A stretch of DNA of 63,066 nt, counting the filler, from Asterionella formosa (lineage: Eukaryota): NCBI GenBank assembly GCA_002256025.1. It is 16 parts of 16 records of this genome, joined end to end, with 100 filler letters (N's around TTAATTAATTAA, not from the genome) between each part and the next. Parts side by side here need not be neighbours in the genome. Positions count along the whole stretch, not along the records: positions 21,675 to 43,239 come from NKIB01003006.1; positions 43,340 to 44,657 come from NKIB01003023.1; positions 44,758 to 46,075 come from NKIB01003024.1; positions 46,176 to 47,492 come from NKIB01003025.1; positions 47,593 to 48,909 come from NKIB01003026.1; positions 49,010 to 50,326 come from NKIB01003027.1; positions 50,427 to 51,742 come from NKIB01003028.1; 9 more parts are not named here. One strand, 5' to 3'. The notes under the pieces were generated by a model. It saw only the letters and a list, made by a program, of their open reading frames with translations. It ran no database searches and was not told the DNA's origin. Shown piece after piece: positions 39,121 through 51,842 of the stretch (the stretch's first letter is position 1; each line of letters begins with the position of its first letter). A program made the translations under genes and the position numbers.

Positions 39121-42100
39121 CATTTATGGTATGATTTGAATTTTGTAAGTCTCACTTACTATATTTTTTATGTAACTAAGTACCGGTATGCATTGTTGGA
39201 TTATATTAGATCCATTCAAATTCATCATCAATGTCCCGTTGATTAATGCGATCATTGTACTCAATATTCTCCTCAGGAAAATTTGGTTGAAGTGGTTCAA
39301 CATATTGATGCATATCCTCTTCAATTACGTTGGGAAATGAGAAGTATGAGGGTGGGTAGATGATATCTGTGGTGGAAGTACTAGCAATTCCACTAGGACT
39401 CCTTTCATATTCAGATCGATTCTTTTGTGAAGTTCTGTGTAGATTTGCTTATAATTAGCGATTAAATCAGCAAAGAAAACCTTCAGCCCATTGATAAGTG
39501 AGACCATTTGAAACTGAAATTTCTTCCCTCACACTTTTTTGGTAAGTGGTTTTCCACCAATGTTGACAACATCAGTAGAATCACGAATATCGTTCTCTGA
39601 AATTTCGTGGGTATCTTGTTTGAAACCCAAATATTTTGGTTGCAATCGTAATTTTCCTTTCATCACCAAGAAGCAGAATGCTACTGTGCTGGTAGTGATG
39701 AGCGAACAAACAAAACGTGATAGCAATTCACACTGTGCCCAAAACACTGAGTTGAAATTTGGACACACCAGATTTGTCTCCTGTTAGAAATGGTTCTCCA
39801 CGGCTTGTCCTGCCTATAAACTACACTGGAGTAAGCACAGCCATCTCTCCAGACTTGGTATCCATGGCTTCCCCTGTCAATGTCCTTTGACTGCGCAAAA
39901 CGATAAATCGTGAACGCTAATACCACCTAATAAAGTCATCAATATCCATAGTCTGGAAGTTATATTCTGTTGGACCAGCTGGTGTGTCATGAATTATGTT
40001 AGCATATTTAAATTCAAACATATTTGATAAGAATATAATCACCAAATCAAAACATCATGCTTTGGGAGCATCTCCCTGCAAGAACTTACCTAAGATTCCT
40101 TTAAATTGATCCTTCAATACATTCTGACATTCTCTCAACTTCTTTATGCACATGCCACCAAATGCTGGTTTGATCTAATCTAAACGTGCCTTGTTGATAC
40201 ATTCAATGGTCTGATTCATCGGAAGTAGTGCATCAGAACCATTCCATATGAAATCGGCAAGCTCTGGGTCACTCTCCACTTCTTCCTAATTCCATTTTCA
40301 CTGTATAGCCGAGTTAGGCAACATTGGGAAAACCAATCCTGTTTGTGATTAGAAATGAATTTCATACTACTTGGACCAGATAGGGCGGGATGTTTGATTC
40401 TCTTTTGGGACAAGATCAGAAACTTAAACATCAAACTTACATGTTCACAGCAAAACTTCTTGGTCTTGAAAAACAACTCACAACCTTTGCGACAATTGAT
40501 GGTTCAATTTCAGCTAAGCGGGAACAACGTTCTGATTGATAAGGCTGCTGAAATACAAATTTCTTGATAACCTTGTATGGACGAGTTTTGAACAGAATTA
40601 CGACCTTTGTAGTGATTAAGTTCATTGACCAATCAATACAATTAGAAAATTTATGGTATGAAACCATGTTAGGGTTATATACAAATTTTATAACTATGAT
40701 ATACATGGCAAATATATTTGAAATTGTTCTGACATGTTAACAATCCATGCCTGCTTCTTGAAAAGAAATGTCTTAGTAGCATATGACAAAAGTTTACGCA
40801 ACGAAAAACATGGTGGCTTCGACACATTGCCCCTTCGAAGGATGGAGTATGTTTAAGCTAATGAATATATCAATGTGGTACGTGGATGACAATCTTTGGG
40901 AGGACAACATCAAATAGTAAACTAAACATTTCCTTTCTTCTCAGTTGATTCAATAGCTCATTTCGCTTGCTAGGGAGCACCAATGTAAAACAAAACAAAA
41001 TTGGCAAGTGCTCTTGTCCTTAGACCTATTCACTACTGGTGGAACATAACTGACGGACACGTTTTCGTTCGTTTCAAAGTTAAGCTAAAGAAAACAAATC
41101 AGTAAGTTTTATTCGACAACATTGGATACCTGAAACTTACTTATTCAAGCATTGACTTACAATTTACTATTTTACAGACATATACATCAGTTTGCTTTGA
41201 TTTGTGGTATGTGAAGCAAGAAGATACGATGAAATCGCGTGGTGTTGTGTTAGTGTAACATTACTAGCTAACAAGTCATTCCTTCCCATTGTTACTGTCA
41301 CTGCATAGGACAATAAAACCAATCAAACAATGGAATAGTGGGCGAGTTCAGAGTAACACTAACAGCAGCGAAAGAGACGCAAAATTAGTAAGGCACTGCT
41401 TGGCACAGGATTCACAATGGAGGAAGAAAAGGGCGAGGACAGGAACAATATACATTGAGAAGAGTGGAGAGGAGCAAAACATTCCTTGAGTCGCTGTAGA
41501 AACAGAAATGGCATTTGATAGTTAAATAACAATCCATTTTAACAATGCTTGTGATTAGAATTATGATGATGTTTAAGATAGAAATACAATGAAACTATTC
41601 ACATGATAGCATAGAATTTAGTTGCATTTCCATAACTCCGTCAGCCTCAACGACATCAAATGGTGGCTCCAGAAGCTCAGAAGCTCATCTTCGCCCTTGG
41701 CTGCTCGAATTTGCACTCTTGTTACTTGTTGAGCCACAATGACACACTTCGAGACCATACCACCCTGTCGAATTCTCTGCTTGGTTCTTGGTGACATGAT
41801 AATGACCCCAATACTGAACAACAATACGTGGGTCTGATATACCGACTAATTCTCCTATCAAACAGGCTATGGGGAGATAACTGAACCTAATTTTGTAATT
41901 AGCGCTGTCGAAGGATACCTCATAAAAAGGGTGATCACAAAGCAATATCCAACACAACTTGTTGGATCGAAAAAACTCTAAATATTCCAGATAAGGATTA
42001 CCTGTGTTAAAAGGTCTTGTACTCCTTCCCGTCTGATGGGTTGCCTCTTACGCAGGACTTACCTGTTGTACCACTAGTATTGTTATCTTCTTTATGCTGC

Positions 42101-42389
42101 TAGACTTTGTGCTAGTTTTCGCTGTTGACCTTACTCTGTCAATTCTCAGTGTTTCTTAATTATAAGCTTAATCTAAAACTAAGTTTCAATCCCATTCATC
42201 AAAATTCGAGAACCTGTTCTTTGTGTTCCCTTTTTGTTGATGTAAACCTTTTTCTGATTGATCTAAGACATCAATCTTGTTAGCAAGCTTCTTGACATGG
42301 GAACACACCATTTGACTCATTGGACTATAATCGAGTCCACAGTCCTTGTGACTCATTTTAGCCATTGATGCTATATTCTTGACATACCT

Positions 42390-42660
42390 GACCCACTCAA
42401 AGAGGACCAATATGCAAGCTGGTTCTACAGGCGATAGTACCAGGCGCCTACATGTCATAAGACAGACCTCGCAGGACTACACCTAACGGTTTTCCCCGTT
42501 GAGGAGTTGTATGGGAAAAACTCGAAATATTCCAGACAAGGATTACCCACTCAAAGAGGACCAAAATGCACGCTGGTTCTACAGACGGTAGTACCAGGCG
42601 CCTGCATATCATAAGACAGACCTCGCAGGACTACACCTAACGGTTTTCCCTGTTGAGAAC
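42390..42660 (+). repeat. Tandem duplication (about 154-bp period) upstream of the methyltransferase paralog
   Basis: ACCCACTCAAAGAGGACC...GCAGGACTACACCTAACGGTTTTCCC occurs twice; a single related copy at about 26594-26692. Confidence 0.85.
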
Positions 42661-43141
42661 AAATACCCCCTACATACCCTGAGGTATACATACCAAGAAT
42701 TTACCATCTGGAGAAGTAAACGTGAAGTACTGCCCCACTGGGGAGATAATATCAATCCGTCCATGGACGAAGGATTGCAGGAGTGTGTTGGACGTAGCAG
42801 ATGGCAAGACAAACAAATCAGAAGCCAAATAAAAAGAATTATGTAATGAGACAAAAGGATCAGGAAATGATGACGACTGGATCATACTTATGTAGACCAA
42901 AAAAGAATTAGGAGGATGATGTCACCGGAATCACCAACAAGACTGGTATTAAGAAAAAATATATGATAAACAAAATAAGCGCAACATGGAAAAGCTCATT
43001 CTATTTTAAATCTCTGGTTTACAAATATTTTTGACCACCCTAACTCTGTTTCACACCGGATCTGTTGCTTGATTGGCACAGAGGTGTTGCAACACGAGCA
43101 GTGGTTTCTACATACCGGACCAGAAGAACGAGTGTGAAAAA

Positions 43142-43239
43142 ATGGCGGAACATATTGCAAAAACAAGTTTCGTAATGAAACGTAAGGGTGGTTTAACGTT
43201 TCGTAGCCAAGTCAATATCTTCTTTGTCCTCCTATTCGT
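43142..43239 (+). CDS. 5' end of a paralog of the 27098 methyltransferase (cut by the gap)
   Basis: MAEHIAKTSFVMKRKGGLTFRSQVNIFFVLLF vs MAEYIAKTSFVMKRKGGLTFRYIFFVLLF. About 500 bp of upstream sequence is also shared. Confidence 0.8.
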
Positions 43240-44929
43240 NNNNNNNNNNNNNNNNNNNNNNNNNNNNNNNNNNNNNNNNNNNNTTAATTAATTAANNNNN
43301 NNNNNNNNNNNNNNNNNNNNNNNNNNNNNNNNNNNNNNNATTTTCTTGCATTTTGACCTGTTGCTTGCTTTCCGAGATTTCATTTTCTCAACAATACACT
43401 TGATAAAAATAATCATTTAGCATAAGTCATCAAGCTAGCTACTATGGACTCAATTGTGTCTCTACTTTGGTAATACTCTACAATTGGGCACAACACTCCC
43501 AAAACTAATTCTAGCAGTGATTTCAGTTTTGTTGTCAACATTTATGAAAAAATCATTTTTGAACAATTACCTTCTCTATGTTGGGCTAGATATATGGGCG
43601 AAATAGGAATGATTCATTGTTAATTTTCGTGGAGATATTGAGTCTGATCAGTTCATTATGAAGGTCAAGACAGAGATGATGAATCATTGGCCCCTACAAT
43701 GTCATGGCAGTTGTACAAAATCAAATTTACTTATGTATGTGTAGTACCTAGACTTTTTTAACAAAGCAACTTGCAACTTTCTGGTGGTGTATTTTTCATC
43801 CTCCACACTGGTACTGGCTCTACAGCCCTCCTTACGTGCTGCTGCTGAAATTTTCGCCCCCACCATGGTGTCTTTGGACAAGGCAGATTGCACTGTTGCC
43901 CCTCCACCAAGCAACCCCCATATCGACAACAATGTGCAACCTAGGAATCAAAGCTTGACATATCTGTTGGCTGGCACAGGACATCAATGCCCACTACATT
44001 TGTAGGCGTGGCCTAGTACTAGTACCTACTGCTCTTGTTTCTTTTGCTTACATGCAAAACAAGAAAGTGCTCATTCCTCCAGATCTTATGACCCCTGCTC
44101 CGCTGGCAGATGATATCTTGCTTGCTTGTTGACATTCTGACATGATGCTTTTGTAATCTATTTTAGGATTGGTGATAAACTGTAATTGTAGGCCTACCTT
44201 GTGGCCCCAAAAATTGCATCCAACCATACTTTAGCAAAGGGAGGACTATCATCGGTGCATTAGTGTGCACGAAATTTTTTCCAATGCATTGGAAATTTTC
44301 AATTCCCATCGTCGTTTTAGCCCAAATCAACTATTTTGAGTCATCATGGCTTCGTACATTGGGGCTTGTAACACTGGAAATTGTAGTACTGCTAGTTATT
44401 ACACTCTTTTCTAATGATGTATTTCCCTGAGGATGCAATTGGCTGGCAATGGTGTGGTGTGTTGGCACCAGAACCTAATCTAGAACTTTCAACAAAGAAT
44501 GATCCTTTGTATTCTAACTTTCATTTCTCAAGCTTTGTAAATAAAAATTCATGCCAAGATCAGCTAAGAAGGGACCATCTTAGGTTTGAACCTAGCCCTG
44601 AATGGCAGGCACACCTAGACTTGAAAATGGAATCTTGCCTGAGTTGCCACCTCGCTCNNNNNNNNNNNNNNNNNNNNNNNNNNNNNNNNNNNNNNNNNNN
44701 NTTAATTAATTAANNNNNNNNNNNNNNNNNNNNNNNNNNNNNNNNNNNNNNNNNNNNATTCCTCGTCAGGACTAGTTTCGTTTTTGCTTGATTCCTATGG
44801 GGAAAGATGGAAGTAAGAATTTTTATTTACTCATAAATAGTTACTAACAAAATGGTTATTTGTTTTTAATCAAGTACAGCCATTTGCAAATAACCGGACG
44901 CTGGTGTTGTTTCTTTTGCTCCATCGACC

Positions 44930-45150
44930 GAGTCGGACAGAAGTGTCATGTTTATGACAAGTCTCTTCGTTCCAACCACTCCTCATATTCGAAACCCGTT
45001 TGATTCGTCGTTGTGGCAAGTTTTGTTGTGTTGCGCAGGAAGTCACAAATAGGTGGGAGACATCCATTGACCAAGTCGGACAGAAGTGTCAGGTCAGTTC
45101 TTGTCACATCTCTTCGTTCCAACTCCTCTTATTCGAAACCGTTTGATACG
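44930..45150. repeat. Diverged tandem duplication (about 145-bp period)
   Basis: GTCGGACAGAAGTGTCA and TCTTCGTTCCAAC..CTCCTC.TATTCGAAACC.GTTTGAT each occur twice. Confidence 0.75.
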
Positions 45151-45505
45151 GCGAGATACAACCTTCCTCGCTGTTTCCCAAGTCCAATGGTACCACCAGA
45201 ATGCAGCAAAGTTTTCTTCCCATTCATGATCCTTGGGACTTCGTCATGTTGTGCCGTTGCAACGCACGATAATTGGTGATGTACCGCCGCAATAGCAGCA
45301 GTCATAGACATTTCGTGTTCTATTGATTTTTAGTTTTACGATCATACAATCCTAAAACTATGATGATTTACTGTCCCACTGCAGTAGCAACAGTCCTGAA
45401 CATATGGTGTTCTGTTGCTAGTTTACTACTCCGACTACCCCCAGTATATCACTTACTACCTGCTACTGGTACCCTGTATGTATATATGATACATTGTTAT
45501 TGTCA

Positions 45506-46075
45506 TATGATGTCCCGGTACACATGAAGAGCTCCCGCCCAAAAAAGGGGCTTAAACAATTTGCTACCAAAACCCTTGCGGCATTTGAACGGTCTAAATA
45601 AACAAATTTCAGAGATAATACCGGTACACATACCGGTAGTCGTGAAAAAAATGGACATATAGTGCATTGAGTATTTTCGAATTATGTATATGCGAGTATG
45701 ATCATCTCAACCATATCAGATGTTACATATCGAGAGCGCCTTTGAATTTTATAAAATGTTTAACACTTAATATATATATATATATATATTTACAAATTTT
45801 ATTGTTATATTCATGGCCAATATATTTTTCAAATCGTTCTGTCATGTTAACAAACAATGCCTGCTGCTTCATGGAAACATATGTCGTAGTAAAGCACATG
45901 ACAAGAAAAGAAAATTTTTGCAATACATAACGAAAAACATTGTGACTTCGACACATTGCGCCTTCGAAGGATGGAGAATGTTTAAGGTAATGAAGCCATC
46001 AATGTGCGTGGTACTTGGATGACAATCGTTGGGAGGCAGGCAGGCAGCACAACAACAAATTGTTAACTAAACACA
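45506..46075 (+). mobile_element. Plavaka-type subterminal arm fragment
   Basis: Homologous to about 14563-15175. Confidence 0.75.
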
Positions 46076-46175
46076 NNNNNNNNNNNNNNNNNNNNNNNNN
46101 NNNNNNNNNNNNNNNNNNNTTAATTAATTAANNNNNNNNNNNNNNNNNNNNNNNNNNNNNNNNNNNNNNNNNNNN

Positions 46176-47492
46176 TCCTACAAGGACGGAACAACTACCC
46201 CAATGGCACGCGCTACGCAAAGTAGGGGCAGTAGGCGATGGTGTATCCTTTCACAACGTGGATGACGAAGATGGAACGACACTGAACAACAACAGCGAGA
46301 ATGGTGCACGGAAAAGGCCAAAAGGCAAGGCGCACATCATGTGCCACCGATGCCAAAAGAAGGGGCACTATGCCATGGAATGTGAGGAGCCTGCACCTGT
46401 CCCTAGGAATTTGACTACTAGTAATCCTCCCGCAGCTGAAACATCAACCCAGTCCGCCACCACACTATTAATGGGGGCTGGCATGCATGAGGATGAATTC
46501 GAGGAAAATGTCCACTTCCAATTTTTAAATCAAGGAGGAGTGAGTCTAAAGATTGGGCCTGATGGAAGGCTACCACATACATGGATACTATTAGACAACC
46601 AATCAACAGTTGATGTGTTCCATATTGCGGAACTCTCACGCAGCATCCATATCCACACCAGTAAGATGGATATCCACTGCCTGCAACAGCTTATAATCAG
46701 CACCCAACTCATAGGAGACCTTCATGGATACGGAACAGTACTATGGTACAACCCAAAGGGGATCGCGAACATCCTGTCCCTTGCACGTGTCAAAGAGCAT
46801 GGATACAGGGTAACGTTTGATAGCAGCCAGGGCAATGAATTCCATGTTCACAAACCTGACGGAACCTGTAGAGTGTTCAAAGAATCAATGAAAGGCCTAT
46901 ATTACATGGATACAAAGGATAGCTCCCTCGTCTGGAGTCACACTTATCAATACGGTAGACGATAACCGTACTAGCTACTAATCCCAACATGACTACTCAC
47001 AAGCTGTGCTAGCTCGAAAGATACAGAAGATTATTGGACGTCCTAGTACCCACACATTCATCAAGATTGTCGAGAACAACCTGTTCCCAAACTGCCCAAT
47101 CACATGCGATGAAATTATAGCGGCAGAACGAATCTTTGGACCAGATGTGGGTTCGCTAAAAGGGAAGACAGTACATCGCAGCTCAGTGCCAGTCAGGACT
47201 AGCTCTACCAACATACCCGCCAGGGTTATCGATAAATACCGTAAGGTAACACTTGCAGGTGACATCATGTTTGTCAACAGTATGCCCTTCCTCGTTACCA
47301 TATCAAGACACATCAAATTTAGCACAAATGAGCTCCTTGAAAACCAATGGCTACCAACAATAATCAAGGCCATTGACAATGTGCGCAAGCTCTACAAGAA
47401 AAGAGGTTTCCACACCAAAACAATCATCATGGATGGACAATTTGACGGACTGCGGGCCAACTTAGCCGAAATGGGAATGACACTCAACAGTT
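46176..47492 (+). mobile_element. Diatom-type Copia (CoDi-like) gag-pol fragment: Zn knuckle, protease, integrase start
   Basis: CHRCQKKGHYAMEC, WILLDNQSTVDVF, WYNPKGIANILSL, IFGPDVGSLKGKT, LAGDIMFVN, MDGQF. Confidence 0.85.
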
Positions 47493-47592
47493 NNNNNNNN
47501 NNNNNNNNNNNNNNNNNNNNNNNNNNNNNNNNNNNNTTAATTAATTAANNNNNNNNNNNNNNNNNNNNNNNNNNNNNNNNNNNNNNNNNNNN

Positions 47593-48909
47593 CCCTGTCC
47601 CACCTTCTCTCCTTATCCCAAATTTGGCATTGGTCCTGGCACAGCATCCTCCTCATACTCCCTCCCTCACTCATACTGGCACTTTCACACCTCTTGCTCA
47701 TCGTATCACCACCCCTCATACTTCCACTCGGCAAACCAATGCCTCTCACCAGCAGCCCTCATCAACCCCAACCCCTTCCCACCCTTTCCGTCAATGTGAG
47801 GACATCCAGTGTGTAGCCTGTAGTACTTGGGGCCATTCTGCTTCTCGCTGTTCCTCCCTTGCCAAAGCTGCCCTTCTTCAGACATACATTCTTGCTAATC
47901 CCTCCCATGCTGAGAATGCTGCCACTGCTTGGAGGAATCTTCATAGCATGAACCATTGTCAGGCCATTGCCCGTCATCTTCAACACCTCCATCCTGAAGA
48001 ATTTTTACCTGACCTCCATGTAGATGATATTTATGAAGCAAATTTTCTCTAGGCCGGTCATTCTCCCCTTCCAGGAATGATGAACGGCTACGGGTTTGCG
48101 GAATGACTGTCAGAGAGAATTCTTCTCCTAATAGTAGGACTCTGTCGTTGCCGCTTCCTCTTCCTCTGAAACCTTCTTGTCCATCTTTAAATCGCCTTTA
48201 TACCTGTGCATTCACCATTCCTCATCTTCCTACTGATTGTTTTGACTGTTTTTCCCTTGTTCATCCATTTCTCCCCTATGCCAACAATTCCAACACTCTT
48301 CTCCCTATTGCTCATGTTGCTCGGCTCTGTTCTGAATCCACAGGTCTTCACCAATGTGACCTAGGTGCAAATGTCTGTGCTACATCCACTCTATCACTAC
48401 TCCAGAACTATACTCCCCTTTCTGTTCCCGTTGACCTTCTAGGTGCTGATGCATCTGTTCAGGGTATGCTCTGTCCAGGTTATGGTTATTATCCACTCCA
48501 ATTCTCTGATGGTTCTACCACCCCTGTCATCATGTACTACTGCCCTCAGTTGTCTGAGACTCTTCTGTCCCCACAACACATCTGCACTCAAATGTCCAAC
48601 AATTACTCTGGCTTTGATATTTGCTGCCAGGACCTTGATCAGGCATACATTCGCTTCTATGGCCCTTCTGGATGCTTCTCAGTTATTGCACCCTTGACTA
48701 GATCAAATAATCTTTTTTATTTCAATCAGATTTCCTTTCAGCCCACCACACACCGCTTATCTCCTATTCTCAGCTCAGAGTTGTGGCATCAACGACTTGG
48801 TCATCCTGGCATGCATCAACTTCGCCATCTTCAACAATGCAGCACTGGCCTTCCTTCTGATCTCCATCACCTTATACACCCACTCCATCATTGTCCCATC
48901 TGCAGTCAA
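47593..48909 (+). mobile_element. Copia gag end, protease and GAG-pre-integrase fragment
   Basis: CVACSTWGHSASRC, QCDLGAN, LWHQRLGHPG...CPIC. Confidence 0.85.
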
Positions 48910-50189
48910 NNNNNNNNNNNNNNNNNNNNNNNNNNNNNNNNNNNNNNNNNNNNTTAATTAATTAANNNNNNNNNNNNNNNNNNNNNNNNNNNNNNNNNNN
49001 NNNNNNNNNACATAGTAATTAATAGCGGCGGTGGTATCTTAATTAATCTTCCGGTATCTGGTAGTCTACCAGGTCTACCTACTAACGGGCACACAGCGAT
49101 GAGCATGATACCGATTCCTGGAACTCCGAATTGGTAGTCTTGTACGCTACCAGGTAGTCTACGGAGTCGTACGGTAGTTATTACTTGAAATGGTGCTGCA
49201 GCTGCGACAGTCAAAGTAAACACAAGGAGATTCCTGATTCCCAGTTAGCTTATGGGTGTTTGAAAATAGAACTAGTATTCCCCTTCATAGTTTTGATATT
49301 GAAACAAGCAATAGAAAATATTAGTTAGATGTCCTTACAATCACTCTTAAGTAACTCTCAGAAGGTGCTAGGTTGTATCTATGTTGACAAAACCCCCAGA
49401 CTGATGGTCATTGTCTAGAGAAAACAGATTCAATGTCCCAGAGCAATCAGCCAATGAACACTGATTGGATCTAGGATTATGTCTAGAACATCTAGACCTT
49501 ACAGCATACTTAAGTAAGATTAACCACTATTTTAGGAAGAGAATGTCATCCTAGCCTCCACAAACAAAGGAAGAACAATTCATAACTGAGACATGTCTGA
49601 ACTTGATGTTTCATTTAAAATACATTTCAAATTATGGTTCAAATCAAATTCTCCTTTTTACAACGATAGCTAAGAAACCATATAGCAAAGACATCGCTCT
49701 TGGGAACATTTTTCTAAGAAATGTTCATCTAGGCGTGTTGCTGGCGGAGACATACTGCAAATTTGATGGTAATACTTTATTGCCATTGTATGATGAAGCA
49801 GTTCACTGCTCTGGTTTTGATCTCATCTAAACTGATAGTCCATCTTTATTGAGAATACGATGATTACACATGTAATAAGGTTATCTACCTAACGGTAGAG
49901 TATCTGGGATGGAAACTGATGATCGACTCGAAAGCCAATTTAGCTGGCCTTGCACTTAGACATGTATATGGTAGCTGTGGAGGAAGCCGAACCAACTGGG
50001 TCGAACTTAAGTCATGTTGTCAGCAGTCAACTAAATGCAACTCGATAACAATAAATGTGAATGTACATAAAATAAATATATATATATATCTCTTTTTGGC
50101 AATAACAGTCTGGTCGGTCATTATTCCTTCACTCATTTAATGACGAATCACAGGTTGTGATCCTGATACTGATAATTCGATTGCGATCT

Positions 50190-50324
50190 TTACGCCACCT
50201 CCATTTGCTCACCTCCACCAGTGGTAGACTCCAACTTCTGCCCCGTCTGCTTCTTTCGCATTGCAATTCTCGCTCGTGCACTGTCCACAACATTGCGCAT
50301 TACCTCCTCTCTATCGGCCACAGC
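50190..50324 (-). CDS. Probable 3' end of an unidentified host gene
   Basis: Open frame from the gap, AVADREEVMRNVVDSARARIAMRKKQTGQKLESTTGGGEQMEVA-stop, followed by AT-rich sequence. Confidence 0.4.
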   Translation of the reverse strand, partial: AVADREEVMRNVVDSARARIAMRKKQTGQKLESTTGGGEQMEVA

Positions 50325-50499
50325 CGNNNNNNNNNNNNNNNNNNNNNNNNNNNNNNNNNNNNNNNNNNNNTTAATTAATTAANNNNNNNNNNNNNNNNNN
50401 NNNNNNNNNNNNNNNNNNNNNNNNNNTCCATTGTTGTCTTACAGATACAATAGAATACAGTCCGAACTTGTGGATTTAACATAATTAGTAAAGAAAAAG

Positions 50500-51742
50500 G
50501 TGAATACAATGGGAGGTGGCAATACGGCAGCCGATGATGGTGGCGGCGGTGATGCCACACCAAAAGACAAGAAGGAAAGTGTTGGTGGCAAGAAGCTACC
50601 ATATCGATATGGAATCCACGGAAACCAGAAGAATGCTGTCCCACGGCAGCCCAAGTTTGAAGGGAAGTGCGACGAGTTGAAAGGTCATGTCTACGATTGC
50701 TCAGATGCAAGACAGGCAGACTTGTTTATCAAGACAACAAAGGAGGTGGCCGAGTTTGTGGGGCGGACCTACAAGTATGGCGGTGACATCCGATTGGCAG
50801 TAGAAAACCTGCAGGTGCCAAACATCGCTGAGCCATATGACCCACCAGCAGGCGCATCCAGGACTCAGGAGCGCATTTGGGAAAAACAGGTAGATGAATA
50901 TGTTAAGCGAACAACCTACATAAGCGAGAATATTAAGACCCTATATTCACTAGTCTGGGGCCAATGCACAGACATTATGAGGCAAAAAATCGAGGCTTTG
51001 CATGATTTCGAGGAGATGTCGACCAACGGTGATGGTCTTGCATTACTCAAAGCAATCAAAAACACTGCTTTCAACTTCCAAAGCCAAAAGTACCTTCCAC
51101 ATTCACTGTATGAATCGACTCGGCGTTTCTGCATGACGGTCCAAGGAAAGTATATGACAACCCAGGCTTATCTTGAACAGTTTCAAAACATGATAGATGT
51201 CATTGGACATACAGGAGGAATGGTGGGCCATCAACCAGGAATCGAAAGAGCCATAATGAGGAAGAGGGGCATTGATCCAACAAACGCCACAACCATGCAA
51301 CAAATGGAAATAGAGAAAGAGCCCAGAACCGCTATTTGGCTGTTGCATTCATGCTTGGTTCGGATAAGGCTAGGTTTAGTCGCCTGCTTGAGAACTTCTT
51401 GGAGAATGACTATCTCCAAGGCCAAAATAATTACCCAACATCCATCACTGCAGCCTATAATCTGCTTACTAATTGGAAACAAGACCCCCGCAATCTCATA
51501 CGTACAAGTGGACCAGTCAGCGATGGAGTATCATTTACCAATGTAGACGGTGAACATGGAGAACAAGACATTGCGCTTGCAAACAATGGACACACTAAAT
51601 CTGGACGAAATAAACTGTCACACATCACATGCCACAAATGTGGCAAACAGGGACATTTTGCTGACAAATGCGAAGAGGAGCAGCGTCAGGAGCATCAAAC
51701 TGGCTCCATGCTTTTGACGGCAGGTATAGAGAATGGAGAATT
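50500..51742 (+). mobile_element. Diatom-type Copia (CoDi-like) gag, one frameshift near 51325
   Basis: KFEGKCDELKGHVYD, LYSLVWGQCT, GDGLALLKAIK, LENDYLQGQNNYP, HITCHKCGKQGHFADKC. Same family as 46176-47492 (shared DGVSF.NVD). Confidence 0.85.
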
Positions 51743-51842
51743 NNNNNNNNNNNNNNNNNNNNNNNNNNNNNNNNNNNNNNNNNNNNTTAATTAATTAANN
51801 NNNNNNNNNNNNNNNNNNNNNNNNNNNNNNNNNNNNNNNNNN

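Larger units (their letters stand above)
31734..41620 (-). mobile_element. Plavaka-type TIR DNA transposon, copy 2 (most complete; distal TIR missing)
   Basis: TIR at 31734-31795, Ulp1-like gene on +, transposase on -, upstream ORF, then the subterminal arm 40678-41620. Confidence 0.85.

Noticed and set aside
1..41620. Giant inverted repeat between 1-6443 and 31734-40668
   Set aside because: The copies are on different contigs, so relative orientation is arbitrary; they are dispersed TE copies.
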